Origin: Octopus bimaculoides
Taxonomy: Eukaryota
Assembly: GCF_001194135.2 (NCBI RefSeq)
Contig: NC_068999.1
Coordinates: forward strand, 54,442,746-54,497,185
Length of the DNA: 54,440 bases
Reading direction: 5' to 3'
The notes beneath the pieces were generated by a model. The model saw nothing but the letters and a program-made list of their open reading frames with translations, did no database searches and was not told the origin of the DNA. The first letter of the stretch is position 1. Every line of letters starts with the position of its first letter. The position numbers and the translations under genes are program-made. Shown piece by piece: positions 35,901-48,745 of the stretch.

Positions 35901-36799
35901 AGAAGATCTTTACAGTCTGTTGGTGAGATTAGTAAATATATATATATATAAATTTAAATCACAATATATGGATTCAAATAATCCCATGGTACTCATAAAA
36001 AAACAAGCTCCTTAATGTAAAAATTTGCAAGTAAAAATTTGTGTGTGAATATATATGTATAAATTGTATTATGCTGTGGAGGGATATTCTACATAGTGGT
36101 TGAAATTAGCAGATATATTCACTCAAATAGCATTACAGTTTTTAAAGAAAAAAGGAAAGATACATCATATAATGTAGTTCGACATAGAACCAGTTGGGAT
36201 GGTCACAACTAAAATCCTTTTGATCATGGTTCTGCTTTTTTTAGGGCTGATTTGAGGATAACGTTCATAAGAGCAAGTGGGCATATAATGATGTGGTAAC
36301 AACTATTGAACTTTATTTTTATAGAATTAACTGCCATATTTTTCACTGATTACACCTGGGTTTATAAACCCTGGAATAGATATGGAAGTATGTTAGTAGC
36401 ACATACTAATAAATATCTCTCTCTTTTTATGTGTGTGTGTATTGATAGATTACTATTATCTATCCTAATTTACAAAGTACCACTATTCAAATTTCTCTAA
36501 CGGTCAGTGTATTTCATTGGAAGTATAGTTACAAAAAAATTAGTATGGATGGTCATGGCGAGACTAATAATTCTTACAGATAACCTCAGTGTCATACATT
36601 TGCTTCTGAGAATCTCAAAGTTTGTTCAACAACAACTAAGACTAACAGCATACATAAATTAGTGTAAATATAAGTTTTTTTCACTGGTACAAAGCCAGAA
36701 ATTCAGAGTCAAGGTTAATTGGTTAGATTGACTCCAGGTCTGGACTAGTACATTATTTATGCCTATCCTAACTGAACTCTTGTAGGTGGTGACAGCATA

Positions 36800-38310
36800 G
36801 CTATATTGCTGGTACATCCTGTGTTTGCTTCCCTGAAAAGTTTGATATTTTGTATCTCAACTTGCGTATTCAAAGATTTCACTATTAGATCTATGTCAAC
36901 ATTATCAAAGGCTGTTTTATAATGAAGACAATGCAAATAGGCAGCTTTTTGTTTATCCTAGAAGTTGTGTTAGAATGAACATGTGGTCAGTTGTTCTGTG
37001 GTTTTTCTGAAGACCTGTTTGTTGCCTTGGTTGTTGATTGTCAAGATGCTCTGACAGTCGAGTAACTATGACCTTGTAAACAACTTGTTGAGGTGAGATG
37101 AGAGGAATATAGGATGATAGTTTCTCAGATCTTTCCTATTGTCCTTCTTATTAAATAAGATAATATTCTGCTTCTTCTACAGCAAGATTATTTTCTCCTC
37201 TTTCAAATATTAATCGTAGGACAAAGATTTTCCTCAACTGCTCTTTTCCACACTACATTTGTATTGTTATACCATCTTTCCCTGCAGCTGTATCTCTCTT
37301 CATCATCTTTAAAGGATTCTCTGTTTTGATGACCAGAAACGTGAGTGACACGTTTTCTAATGCTTGTGATGATGGAGGATTAAATGTCACCGGTGATTTA
37401 AAAAGATTGACGTAAGAGGTTTCACAAACTTCCTCCACCTCCCTTTTGCCTGTCACCATGAGCTGTCTTTGTTCTTGAGCACTGTACCTTCAATTTATAT
37501 AGTGCTCTCTTTCTCCTGCATCTCTTTTTTTCTCCTCTTTTTGCATCCACATTAGCTTTTTTAATCTATAATTCTGAAAGTCACTGACCAGATGCTGTCT
37601 TGTCATGTAGAGAAGGGAGTACTCAATGTCATCTTCCATGTTCCTCTTCATAGTCTTCCTTTTCTTTAGCATTTTCCTTGTTTTCTCTGAAATCCTTCCA
37701 CCCAGTTCTTGCTGGTTTATAGTTTTCATTTTCCACATGCAGCTTTTAATTTCTCAATCAATAAATTATCATTGATTTCATCGAGCTAACTCCAGGATTC
37801 CTTCTTGATAGCATCTTGCCATTGAGTCATATTGAAGATCTTAATTTGCTGGTCCTGTATTGTGATGTGCTGTGCTTCTTTTCTCTCTAATTTTGTTGGT
37901 AATGATATTTGCCTGTAGCAATCAACAGTTGCTGTTAGTGTTGAATGACACTGTGACTGAGATGTCCTGCAATGTGCATTGTTTGTTGACTGGGATGTAG
38001 TCAATCTTATTTTGATGCTCAGTGTTTTGAGTTATTCTGGTCCATCTCTTTTCCAGATCTTTTCCTGGATGGGCTGTTCCCAATGTAAAGTCTTTTTGCT
38101 TTGGCCATAGTTCCTCTTTTTTTATTTCTCTTTCACAGTCAAAATTTTCTGACATGTGTCTTCCCCTGTCATCCTTTTTTCAGTTTCTTTTCAAATCTTC
38201 CATCATGATGGTGTAAGTGGATTTGTGAGCTAGCACTTTTTCTAAGTCTTGATAGAATTCCCCCACTTCATCATCCTTGTTCTGGCATGTGGAACATAGG
38301 TTTGGATTGT
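36800..38310 (-). mobile_element. RTE-clade LINE fossil (APE endonuclease into RT start)
   Basis: DFYKDLEK, RWTRI...QNKIDYI, AAGKDGIT (APG.DGI) and LLFNKKD-like motifs across broken frames. Confidence 0.78.
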
Positions 38311-38800
38311 TAAGGTAAAAAACAAAAAAAAAAGTTGTCAGAGGTGTTAACTGTATCAACTAAATATTGTCATCATCTTTATTTGATGTCCTCTTTTCCA
38401 TACTTTCATCAGCCAGATGGAATTTGTTGAGACAGATTTTTCTATGGCCAGATGCTTTTCCTGTTGCCAACCTTCACGTTTCCAGGTAAGGTAATATTTC
38501 CTAGAGCAAGACATGTCTTTTTATGAAAGACTTGGAAGCACACAACAGTGTTTGTGTGAGAGAGATTCTTTTGAAGACAAGGATACACACGCACACATAT
38601 GAGCAGCAGCTTCCAGTCTTTGTCTACCAAACCCATTCACAAGGCTTTGGTTGATCTGGAGCTATAGTAGAAGATACTTGCCCAAGGTGCCACACACCTG
38701 AATCCAAGACCACATGGTTGGGAAGTAAGCTTCTTAACTGCACAATTAACAATTTTAAGAATTTATTGTTGATACCTCTTTTTGTTTTCTCTTTGTTTAG

Positions 38801-38874
38801 TTTTTCAACCTCCAAGACTACAATTAGCAGAACCTGGAGAAATCCGGGAAGAGTATGAGAAAGCAGTTAAGAAG
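38801..38874 (+). CDS. RNF168: RNF168-like exon 2 (FQPPRLQLAEPGEIREEYEK)
   Basis: Matches human QPVRLLSKPGELRREYEEE; phase 1 to 0. Confidence 0.92.
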
Positions 38875-39201
38875 GTAATTTATTTGTATTCATTTTTTTT
38901 TTTTGTATTATGCTTCTTAGTTTAATTTCAGATTATTGATGTTTTGTTTTTATTGTAATTAGTCGTTAAGGTGGTGAAGTTGTAGAATCATTAGCACATT
39001 GGAGGAAATGTTTAGAGACATTTCTTTTGGCTCTTTACATTTTGAATTCAAATTCTGCTAAGGTCAACTTTGTTTTTCATCTTTTCAGGGTCACTGACAT
39101 AAATATCAATCTTATACTGGGATCAAATGTAGTTGACGTACCTCTTCCCCTTAAACTTGCTGTCCTCATAAAAAGAATTATGGATCTCTTATAGATTCTT
39201 C

Positions 39202-39681
39202 AATTATTTTTTTTTTAACTAAACAGTTTGAAACCTTGTATACTGATGTAGTTTCTCATGCTGAACACAGTTTACTTTCAACATTTTTGACAAAATTTCA
39301 TATTTTAGAAGTTATTTCTTGTTAAAGTTGTCATATTTGGGTAATTTTAACCAATCAGCTGAAGAAACCTACTGCTGTTTGCAATAGTAATCGAAGAGCA
39401 ACAACTCCGGATCATCTCTACTGAATGTATTTTTCAACCACGTGTGGATTAGTAGAGATGACCTGGAAGTTGTTGCTCCTCGATTTCTATCGCAAACAGC
39501 AGTAGGTTTCTTCAGCTGAATACATGTTGGTTGGTTAAAATTACACAGATATGGCAACTTTAACACGAAATAACTTCTAAAATATGAAATTTTGTCAAAA
39601 ATGTTGAAAGTAAACCGTGTTCAGCATGAGAAATTACACCAGTATATGAAGTTTGAAACTGTTTAGTTAAAAAAAATAATT
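39202..39681. mobile_element. Foldback element, about 480 bp near-perfect palindrome in RNF168 intron 2
   Basis: aattattttttttttaactaaacagtt pairs with aactgtttagttaaaaaaaataatt, and pairing continues inward to tcatctctact/agtagagatga. Confidence 0.9.
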
Positions 39682-39873
39682 TTAAAATCTGTGAGCCAAA
39701 CTGAAGAGATCCAGAGTTATTTTAACCAATTGGGTCTTCATCAAATATATCCATCATTGTTGTATATAATGTATAATCAGTGTATATAATAGTGCTGAAG
39801 CACTATTTTGTAGCTTACAATAGTAAAAAATGCTTTTCCAGGCTTGACTGTTGAAATTGTGGTGTACTTTCAG

Positions 39874-40029
39874 CTAAATGAAGAAAGAGAAGCACAAAAA
39901 CAGAAAGAGGAAGAAGCAAGTGTAGCTCTCTTAAACTCCCTTCGTGAAGAAGAAGAACGGTTAAGACGTGAACAACAGAAATTAGAATCACAACTTAAAA
40001 AAGATGAGGAGCTAGCTCGTCTGTTGGAG
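39874..40029 (+). CDS. RNF168: RNF168-like exon 3 (UMI/MIU1: QLKKDEELARLL)
   Basis: Matches human QLKSDEELARKL; phase 0 to 0. Confidence 0.92.
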
Positions 40030-40928
40030 GTTAGCCATCTCTTCAGTTTGCCATGTTTTTACTTGTATTTATTTCGTGCAAAGTATTTTTACTTCACTCC
40101 ATATATCAATAAGTTGGTTGCTACTGTCACCTTGTCCTTTTTTTACTATAGTAAGCTACATAAGTTTTGTGGTGTGACTAGTAGTTTACTAACCAGTATG
40201 TTGGTGAGACATGCATGTGTGCCTGGTCCTGAGGTGTTTGGAATTTTTTTTGGTTTCTCAATTGATTTTTTTAGATTTTTAGGCATCTGATGGTTAGGAT
40301 GGAGTCAAAACTTTGGTTAAATGAAAAATGAGTGTTTTTCAATATGTGTTCCATCTTTGTGTGGTTTATTTGGCAACTGATTAATCAAGAAATATCTAAT
40401 TAAGAGCTTGCTTGATGTTGCAGTGAAGGTGTATTACTGAGCTGATTTGGTAGAAGGAAACTGAAAAAAGCCTGTTGTGTGTGTAACATATATATACATG
40501 TATATGAATGTTTTTGTGTGTCTCGACATTGTGTGATAATTGTAAATGACTTACTGCCTTACAAGTGGTGGTGTTTGTTTCCAGTCTTTTGTGAATACAT
40601 TTGGCCATAGGGAAATAATACCTTATTTAGGAACAGGTAAAAGTTAATGACCAGCAGTAGAAAATCTGCCTCAGTGAATTCCATCTGACCCATGCAAGTA
40701 TGGTAAAGTGGATGTTAAAATGATGATATAATATTTCATTGTTAGTTTTATGATTTATGTCGGATATATATATATATATACACACACACACATGCAAGGT
40801 TTCTGTCTTTCTCAGGTTTGTTTCCTTGTTTAGTTACTTGATGCTGAGTTCAGTTGTGTGTAGTTTTGGTGTATTGTATTTCTGATTGACTCTGCTTTTT
40901 ATGAGACTGGCTATTTCTGGTGTGTAAT

Positions 40929-41026
40929 NNNNNNNNNNNNNNNNNNNNNNNNNNNNNNNNNNNNNNNNNNNNNNNNNNNNNNNNNNNNNNNNNNNNNNNN
41001 NNNNNNNNNNNNNNNNNNNNNNNNNN
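40929..41026. other. Assembly gap (N run) with duplicated flanks
   Basis: Ns; the same ~52 nt occur on both sides. Confidence 0.99.
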
Positions 41027-41099
41027 GTATTTCTGATTGACTCTGCTTTTTATGAGACTGGCTATTTCTGGTGTGTAATTGGGGTTATATTTTTCTTCG

Positions 41100-41480
41100 C
41101 TGTGTGGCTAAGAAGCTTCCTAGTCATGTAGTCTTGGGTCCAATCCTACTGCATGTACCTTAGGTAAATGTCTTTTACTATAGCTCTGGGCCAACCAAAG
41201 CCTCATGAGTGGATTTTGTAGATGGAAACTGAAAGAAGCCCATCGTTTGTGTGTGTGTGTATCTTTGTCTAGACATCATTTAATGGTTGTAAATGAGCAT
41301 TGCCATATAAGCAATGCCGTTTACTTTCAGTTTTCTCTGAAAAACATGTCTGGCCATGGGGAAATATTACCTTGTTTAGAAATGGGTGAGGGTTGGCAAC
41401 AGGAAAGGCATCTGGCTGTAAACGATCTTCCTCAACAAACTCTGTCTGACCCATGGAAGCATGAAAAAGCGGGTGTTAAA
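41100..41480 (+). mobile_element. tRNA-derived SINE with downstream repeat module
   Basis: tgtgtggctaagaagctt...gtggattttgtagatggaaactgaaagaagccc family. Confidence 0.75.
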
Positions 41481-41819
41481 TGATGCATGTACTGCAGTGT
41501 CTATATCAGTGATTGTGTTGCTGTTTAACCCTCATAACCTTGGTTCTGTTTCCTGATGAACTCCTTCCGTTGTGATTTTTTTCTATTTAAAGTTTGTAAA
41601 AACATTTTTACTTTCCTCATTTATCTGCAAGTGTGTTGTAATGATAATTGGTAGGTGGTCCAAGGAGAGTTAGGAAATATTTGTCTCGTGGTTGTTATAG
41701 CTAAGTGTGTGGAAGCAGCAGCAGCTTTATTGTTGAGTTGTAGTTGGCTTGGTGAGGTTGTGTGTTGGTGTGAATTCTTTAGAATATAAAGAGTTCAGAT
41801 GTGATGCTACTGTACCACA

Positions 41820-42210
41820 TCTTTTCCATGTTTGCATGGATCAGATGGAATTTGTTGAGACATTTTCTACAGCTGGATGCCCTTCCTGTTTCCAAGCAAG
41901 CTAATATTTTCTCATAATTTTGATATGTATTTCAAGAAGACTAGAAATGAACAACCCCGCTTGAATGATGATGATGATGCTCATTTACAATCATCACATG
42001 ATGTCTAGACAAGAGTACACACACACATGCATCTCTATCTTTCTATATGTATAAACATGATGGGTTTATTTTTCCATTTGTCTACCAAATCCACTCACAA
42101 GGCCTTGGTTAGCCTGGGGCTATAGTAAGAAATACCCAACGTGTCACCCAATGGGACCGAATACAAAACCGCTTGGTTGGGGAGCCATCTTCTTAACTAC
42201 ACAGCCATGC
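41820..42210 (-). mobile_element. SINE copy inverted relative to 41100-41480
   Basis: ctaccaaatccactcacaaggc...ctacacagccatg is the reverse complement of the family head. Confidence 0.7.
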
Positions 42211-42483
42211 TTTGCTCTTTGCTCACGAAAGTTGTTTCTATTTATATACAGAATGCACATCAATATATATAACCAAACCAGCTCTGTTGTTTGGTCTTGA
42301 GTGTAACTTGGGATACTGGGAGTTTGATCAGGTATTCAGAAGGTATCCTGAGTGATTGCTGTGCCAGTGTTGCAAGTGATTATGAAATCTTTTAGTTCCA
42401 TAAATGTGTTTTTAATGTTGTACTGGAAAAGGTTGTGTTTTTCTGCTGCATTTAGAAAGTTTGCTTTTGAGTGAAAGCTTTAA

Positions 42484-44619
42484 CCCTTTCGTTACTGTAT
42501 TTCTGACCAAAATACACTCTTCATGAGTTTCAATTAAATTCTATAATAATCATGAATTTAGACTAGTTTCATTAAGCAACTGTAACTTTTTTTACTCATC
42601 AACATATTAATGTGATATTTGGAACATAATTAAAGAAAGGGCCCTTAATCAATTTTATTGCATAACCTTTGTCTCAAAATGACTCTAATTACAGGTAAAT
42701 CCAGGTAAACTAAGCAAAATGTAAAAATATTAAAATTTTGTTTAAACATACCATAGAAAATGAATCATCAGCTAATATTCAATTAGGTATGCAACAAAAT
42801 TTTGATATAGAAGAATTGTGCACATCACTAGATTATCAGTAGAATTTAAAGCATGGAAGAACAGGTGTACCATAAAGGTGAAATAAACTGAAATATTGGA
42901 ATTTGTTTTTGAAGAAAACTAGAAAATTAAATATATCAACTAAATGAAATATACTCACACACATGCATGAATAAACAGGAACATATATAACGAAGATTTA
43001 CAATAGAAATTAAATCAAACTCGTCATTCACCTTACAGGTAAATTAAAATTACAAGTAAATAAAAAGTAAAACGAAGTAAATTTGAAAAATATTTATGCA
43101 ATTTAATCATACATATATTCACAATATTTCTATCATGGAAAGTTGTAAAACGTCCCACTCTACATACTGCAACCTTGCAGTATGCACATTGGAAAGACGT
43201 TTCAACTGGCCACCCACTGAGAATTTTTCTTTGTTGATAGACATTCACAGCACTGCTTTTTGCGACCCCTGATTTTTTCTAATTTATGGAGATCAACTGA
43301 ACTCAGAGGGATATCTCTCTGGCAGGCTTTGCTTTTCCTTCCTGTAGTTATTTTTTTGGAGGAATAACCTGCCCTCAATTGCGTTGCTACATCTGCTCAG
43401 AACTGCAGATGGTTGCACTGCTTGTGAGCCCCTCTTGATTTGGTATGTAATATAAATGCATTTACAATGCTCATATTTACTATACACCAAACCAGGTATC
43501 GCCACCATTTATTATCCGGTCTACCAACCAGATAATAACTCCTCATGTGGTTCAGCCGATCCACACCACCCATGTACCTGCTATAACCAAGGTTCACAAA
43601 CAGGGTGCCATTTTCATCTACACATGGTTGAGCACTGGTAGATAGAAAATTCATCTGCCTTTTATCTCGCTAGCAGATTTCCTTTCTGCTGTTGGATTAT
43701 TTCACCTCTTTCTTTCAATTTTGCTTTTCTTATATCCAACGGCAGCCCTTTTCTGCCAGCAATTACTGTAGCCCACGTATTCGTTGTCACAGTTTCTAAA
43801 TACACCACAAGTTTGACCGAACTGAAAAATAGGTCAAAAAATAATATACAGCATTGGTTATGGTATGGAATTGATAAATTCCAGACCACATCGTACCCTA
43901 GGCCATGCTGACTAACATTGTTGTCTCTTTTCCCTGCATAAAAACTAAATTCACAGCAGTACTCACAAACTTTGATTGTCCATTTCATGGGCTTTCCTAG
44001 CATATACTGTTTGTTTACATTCTGCATAACAGTTTGTTTCCACAGTGATTGCTTCAAACAAGCATACTGGAAAAAATGAGGAAAAAAAAAGTCTAACGGT
44101 TTCGCTTTCCTGAGAAAGACTATGGGTAGACCCCGTCTCCTCAGAAAAATTGTTAATAAAAACATTTAAAAACTTTTTACTCCATTCCGATGTAAAATAG
44201 TCTTCGCTGTTGCCACTTTCAGTTTCTTCAGAATCACTGCTTTCGGATACAGAAATATCCGATTCATTCTTGTACACCATGTGCTTTTGTATCTCATTCA
44301 TTCTTTTTCTCGATATCTCCATATCTTCTGCTGAAAAACCTTCAAATTCAGAATCACTGCTTGATAGCACGAAACTCCTATTCATTTTCAAAGTTGAAAA
44401 AAAAATCAGCATCGGAAAAATGTGGAAAAAAAATCTCCCAAAATTCACTAAGTTCAGATATCACGTTAAACAATGTTGGATTACTATAACTCAACTATTT
44501 ACAAAGTGAAATCGTGTATTCACGAATGTACTAATGAGATTTGTGTTCAAATTCACATCTAAATAACAATGGGTCCTCTTGGCTGGGTTGGTCTTATAAA
44601 CTGGTTTGTATCGAAAGGG
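42484..44619 (-). mobile_element. Full-length piggyBac fossil (PGBD4-like transposase) in RNF168 intron 3
   Basis: TTAA at 42480-83 and 44620-23; TIRs CCCTTTCGTTAC / CCCTTTCGATAC; YMGGVDRLNH...KWWRYL motif and C-terminal CAYCKVAVC; frameshifted. Confidence 0.92.
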
Positions 44620-45628
44620 TTAATGGATTCTATGCAGTCCTGTGATGTTCAGGAGATAACAAGGGTACTTATCTCTTTCATTGCAGTTCATGTCATTGTT
44701 ATTTTCCCTGTAAAGTCTTGTATTTTTTCCAGAGTGTTTTTTAATCATGTTTATGTAAATAATTTTGTATTCTTTGTAAGACACCGTTTTAGCAGGTGCA
44801 AACCTTCTAATCAGAAGCCTGCTTCAAACAGGGCTGATTTGGTGGCAGGGGAGTAAAAATAACTATATTTTTTTACTTGAAGAAAACTACTTACATTAAT
44901 CCTATCTTCCCTGTCGTTTTTAATATTACTTTGCTTGGAAACATTTGAGGGTTGGTGACAGGAAGGGCCTCAATAAACTCTGTGCAATTCATGCAAGCAT
45001 GTATTCGAGTGGATGTTGAAATAATGATAGATTCTATCAGTGTCCAGTTTCCCAGCCAAGACTTGTTCCATTTCTTTCTTGTTAATGCCAGACTATACAA
45101 AACATTAGTTCTTTCCCCTCTATCTCTTTAGTGTTTCTGCTAATGAGAATTGTAAAAACATGAAATTTTCCATTCTACACTTTCTGCAGTGAATTGGCTG
45201 AATTATTAGTGATGGATAGAATGGTTTGTGTTACTTGTTTAGATTCTCTGCTATCTGAGTTGAACTTTGCCTTTCATCCATTGAAGGTTGATAAAAAAGT
45301 ACAACTTCAAGCTGATGGATTGATGGAACTGGATGAATGTTGAAATGAATGCTTTGTGGCACTTCTGAGTTCAATTTCTGCTATGGCTTACACAGGTAGT
45401 AGACATACTGTGTTGCTCAGGTTAATACTGCTTCCTGGCACCTTGAGTACCTTTAACAAAGTCTACTCTATTGCAAGCTTTTGAGTCTCTGTAAAAGATC
45501 ATGGGCACTATCTTTCCCTCTGACCAAAAGATAAAAATAGAAAAAATATATAATCGATTAAATTTTTTACTTTAATAATTAGAAAGAAAAAAAAACCACT
45601 ACTATATTGCTTTTTTGTTCTTCTTTAG

Positions 45629-46432
45629 TCTGTAGGTACTCCAGCCCTGCATGGGAAAGATGAGAGAGTGTTGGATAGTGAGCAGAACATTTCAGTGATG
45701 GTCAACAAAGTTGAGGAAAGTGGAATGATTGATGATATTACTGGCTGCAATTCTCTTCAGCCAGTAGTGGTCATTGAAGACCATTCAGAGATAAGGAAGA
45801 CCAGTTCTAACAGTCACTCACTGGAAACAGACTCTTTGGTAGCTGAAAGTAGTCAGTTGAAAGATGATGATTTCAATAGAACTTTTGAAGCTGCTGACAC
45901 CCCAGATAGTCCCACCTGGTCAGCAGATGCTACCTCTCCTACATTGAACTGCAACAATGTACCCAAACCCAACACATTGTCCTTCATCAAAACCCCTTTA
46001 AAACAGTTTAATTCGTTTGGCATAAAAGATTCTGAGCGTCGAATATTGTTTGAGAAGAAACTGAATGTGAATAAAAAAGATGTTGGAAGAAGCCGCATTT
46101 CAAGTGTTCATTCGAAACTGAAGCCAAACGTGAAACCCGATCCGAACTCTAAATCTGCAAAGCTAGATTTGTATTTCAGTAGAAAAGACACTAACCACCA
46201 TTCCGGCAACTATTTCGATGATGCTAAAGATCTCACAGAAGAACAGGACAGATTGTTTGCATTAGCACTCCAGAAACAATATGATCTAGAATTCAAACTT
46301 TCTGCAACAGTAAACCGTTCCAAAGGTACATCAGACGGATACAAGTTGAGGGCAAAGAATGAAACATCAACCAATGACAAACGCAAAAGGAGCTCAAGCA
46401 ATGAGAGAGTCTCCAAGAAAGCAAAAACTTAA
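45629..46432 (+). CDS. RNF168: RNF168-like exon 4 (disordered linker, MIU2, LRM)
   Basis: EEQDRLFALALQKQYD...VNRSKGTSDGYKLR matches human EEQDRLLALQLQKEVD...NRQKGSPDEYHLR; ttctttag acceptor is in frame; TAA at 46430. Confidence 0.92.
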   Translation, partial: SVGTPALHGKDERVLDSEQNISVMVNKVEESGMIDDITGCNSLQPVVVIEDHSEIRKTSSNSHSLETDSLVAESSQLKDDDFNRTFEAADTPDSPTWSADATSPTLNCNNVPKPNTLSFIKTPLKQFNSFGIKDSERRILFEKKLNVNKKDVGRSRISSVHSKLKPNVKPDPNSKSAKLDLYFSRKDTNHHSGNYFDDAKDLTEEQDRLFALALQKQYDLEFKLSATVNRSKGTSDGYKLRAKNETSTNDKRKRSSSNERVSKKAKT

Positions 46433-48649
46433 AAACAATTTTTTAAAAAAAACGGAAGAAATGAGTGAACATTAGCTTAAGTACTTGGGCATGTCTCAGG
46501 AAGAGCTCACAATTGGTGGATGACAGCACTGATTAAAAAAAAATCAACTGAAGAGTTTTCTTCACTTCCACATTGCAAACTAGATTGGCCAAATTTAGCT
46601 GATTTCCAAAAGAAAAAAAAAATTTTTTTTTTGCACTTTTATTCCATCTTCCAGAAGAATGAAATTGACAGAAACAACAATAAAATGTTATATTTTGTAT
46701 TTATTTCTTAAGAAATGTCACGTTTGTATTTCTATTTTATTTTATTTTATTATTTTTTCTGGTAATTTGAATGAAGGAACTTACATAACCTCTCTTTTCA
46801 AACAGTTATGCATTGTAGGCTCAACAAACAGGAAAGCTGAATATTGTTATCTTCAATACAAAAGATGTCTTCTGTTTGACAATTTGTTTAATTCTGTGTT
46901 CTTTATATCACCCACCTCCATTCACCAAATCCCTACTATTACTCCAACCCCAATCCCTACTATTTATCATTACTCTAGAGTTGAACAAAACTCCTACTGT
47001 CAACATCTGTGTAATGTTTCAAACTAATTTTCCTCTTGTTTGTAAGACAGGGTAAACAGAAATTTTTATGTACCTGAAACAGTCATCTTAAAAAAAACAC
47101 CTCCCATTTGTAATCTCTTCTCTTTAGTTTCTTAGTAATAAGTTAGAAACTATAGGTAGTTAAAATCTGGATGTTTTTGTAAACTGGCATTTCCCATAAA
47201 AATGAAATATTTCTAAACTGGAGTTAAAGCAAAAATGGAATAGTATTACCTACTATATGATGTCTACTGTATACAACAGAGTCAAGATTTGTTTATTACA
47301 TCCAACTAACCTTAATATAGGCCCAGAGACTTCTAGCCTGAAGATGATGAGACCCCAGTATTACTTTAGGAGTTTTATCTAATCAGTTGTGATCCTGCCT
47401 ACCCTTTTATAAGTTTCCAGCCCTATGCAACAAAAAGCACCAATGACAGACTGTTCTCACAATACACTCACATAGCTGATGAACTGCAATAAACGAAAAC
47501 AGCAATGATGACTAAATGAGATGATTTGTTGACACAACTAATGAAAAATCTTTAATCTGAGTCTGGTGGAGCTTCAACAAAGGCTTTCAGCATGCTATCC
47601 ACTTGCATCATCTGTAAGAAAAGTTAAAAATTAACAATTTAGTGTTTAAAAGGTTCAGTTATACAGATAATAGTTTTAAAGTATTTAATACTTCACTATT
47701 AATGCTAATACAGACAGCTATCACACTAGTTATCTATAATATAAGAGAGTTAGTCTCTGATGAAAGATGCTATATCAATTAGGTTTAGTCAATACCCACT
47801 TCCTCTACTTCCATCTCTCTCATTGCTATTATGCAAAAGTGTAGTAAGTTCAAAATGTTGCTTTTTCAGAAAACGAAAAAATAGTTTCACCATTCCATAG
47901 CACACTGTTGCCTACATTTTGACAATTTTTGATATCTTGGCATCTGAAGCAGCTGGAGATACGATAGTTTGACCAAAAGAACCAGCTATTGCAAGCAGAC
48001 ATAAATATTGAAAAACATACATTTGGCCAAACTTGGACATACAACAGTTTAACATAATAGCAATGATATATATATATATATATGTGTATGTATGCACATT
48101 TTCTTCATTTTCTGGAGTTATACATCATACAGATTAGAGCAAACGAGATTTCTAAATTGCAATTTTTCTTTCATCATTTTAGCCCTATCTTTTTTAATAA
48201 TCATATTTTACTTATTTTGCTTTGGAAAATAACTAGCGTTCCAGTTGATCTCATCAGCAAAACAATCTGCTTGTGAAATTAACATGCACGCGGCTAAGCA
48301 CACAACAGACACGCATACTCTTAGCATAGTTCTCAAGTTTTCAAACAGGGGAGATAAGCACCTCTCTGAAACTAGGCTCTGGATGCTGGCTGGAGGTGCT
48401 TATCTCCCCTGTTTGAAAACAAGGATACAGTATGCTTGTGTCATTTAGCCAACTGGAAATGGTCTTTCCTGGGACTGTCACATTAAGTTGGTAACAAACC
48501 ATTACTTTTTATATATATATAGTTATCGTTTTTTTGGTTGTGTGTATGTGTTTATGTCTTCAACAAATAGACAATGCAACACAGACTTTGAACAAATTAT
48601 GAATGTATATGCATGATTAAAAAGTTTTTTTAACTGGCAGAGCATCGTG

Positions 48650-48745
48650 TTAATTGAAAGGAATGTAACTGGCCTCGTTAGTTTCTTCACTTGCCTCCTC
48701 AGCACTGTTTTCTTCTTCTGCAGAATCTTCACCACACTCTACATA
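48650..48745 (-). CDS. PELP1: PELP1-like terminal exon (YVECGEDSAEEENSAEEASEETNEASYIPFN*)
   Basis: tctttctatccaatacag acceptor, phase 0; Glu-rich tail as expected for PELP1; TAA at 48652-48650. Confidence 0.65.
   Translation of the reverse strand, partial: YVECGEDSAEEENSAEEASEETNEASYIPFN

Noticed and set aside
40875-41079. Direct duplication of about 52 nt either side of the N gap
   Set aside because: Typical unmerged contig overlap; assembly artefact.
43280-44450. CSB-PGBD3-style piggyBac exon trap in a DNA-repair gene
   Set aside because: The element is antisense to RNF168 and frameshifted, so no fusion ORF is possible.
47912-48097. Minus ORF with a signal-peptide-like stretch
   Set aside because: Starts in a microsatellite, lies in the shared 3' UTR zone and has no other support.
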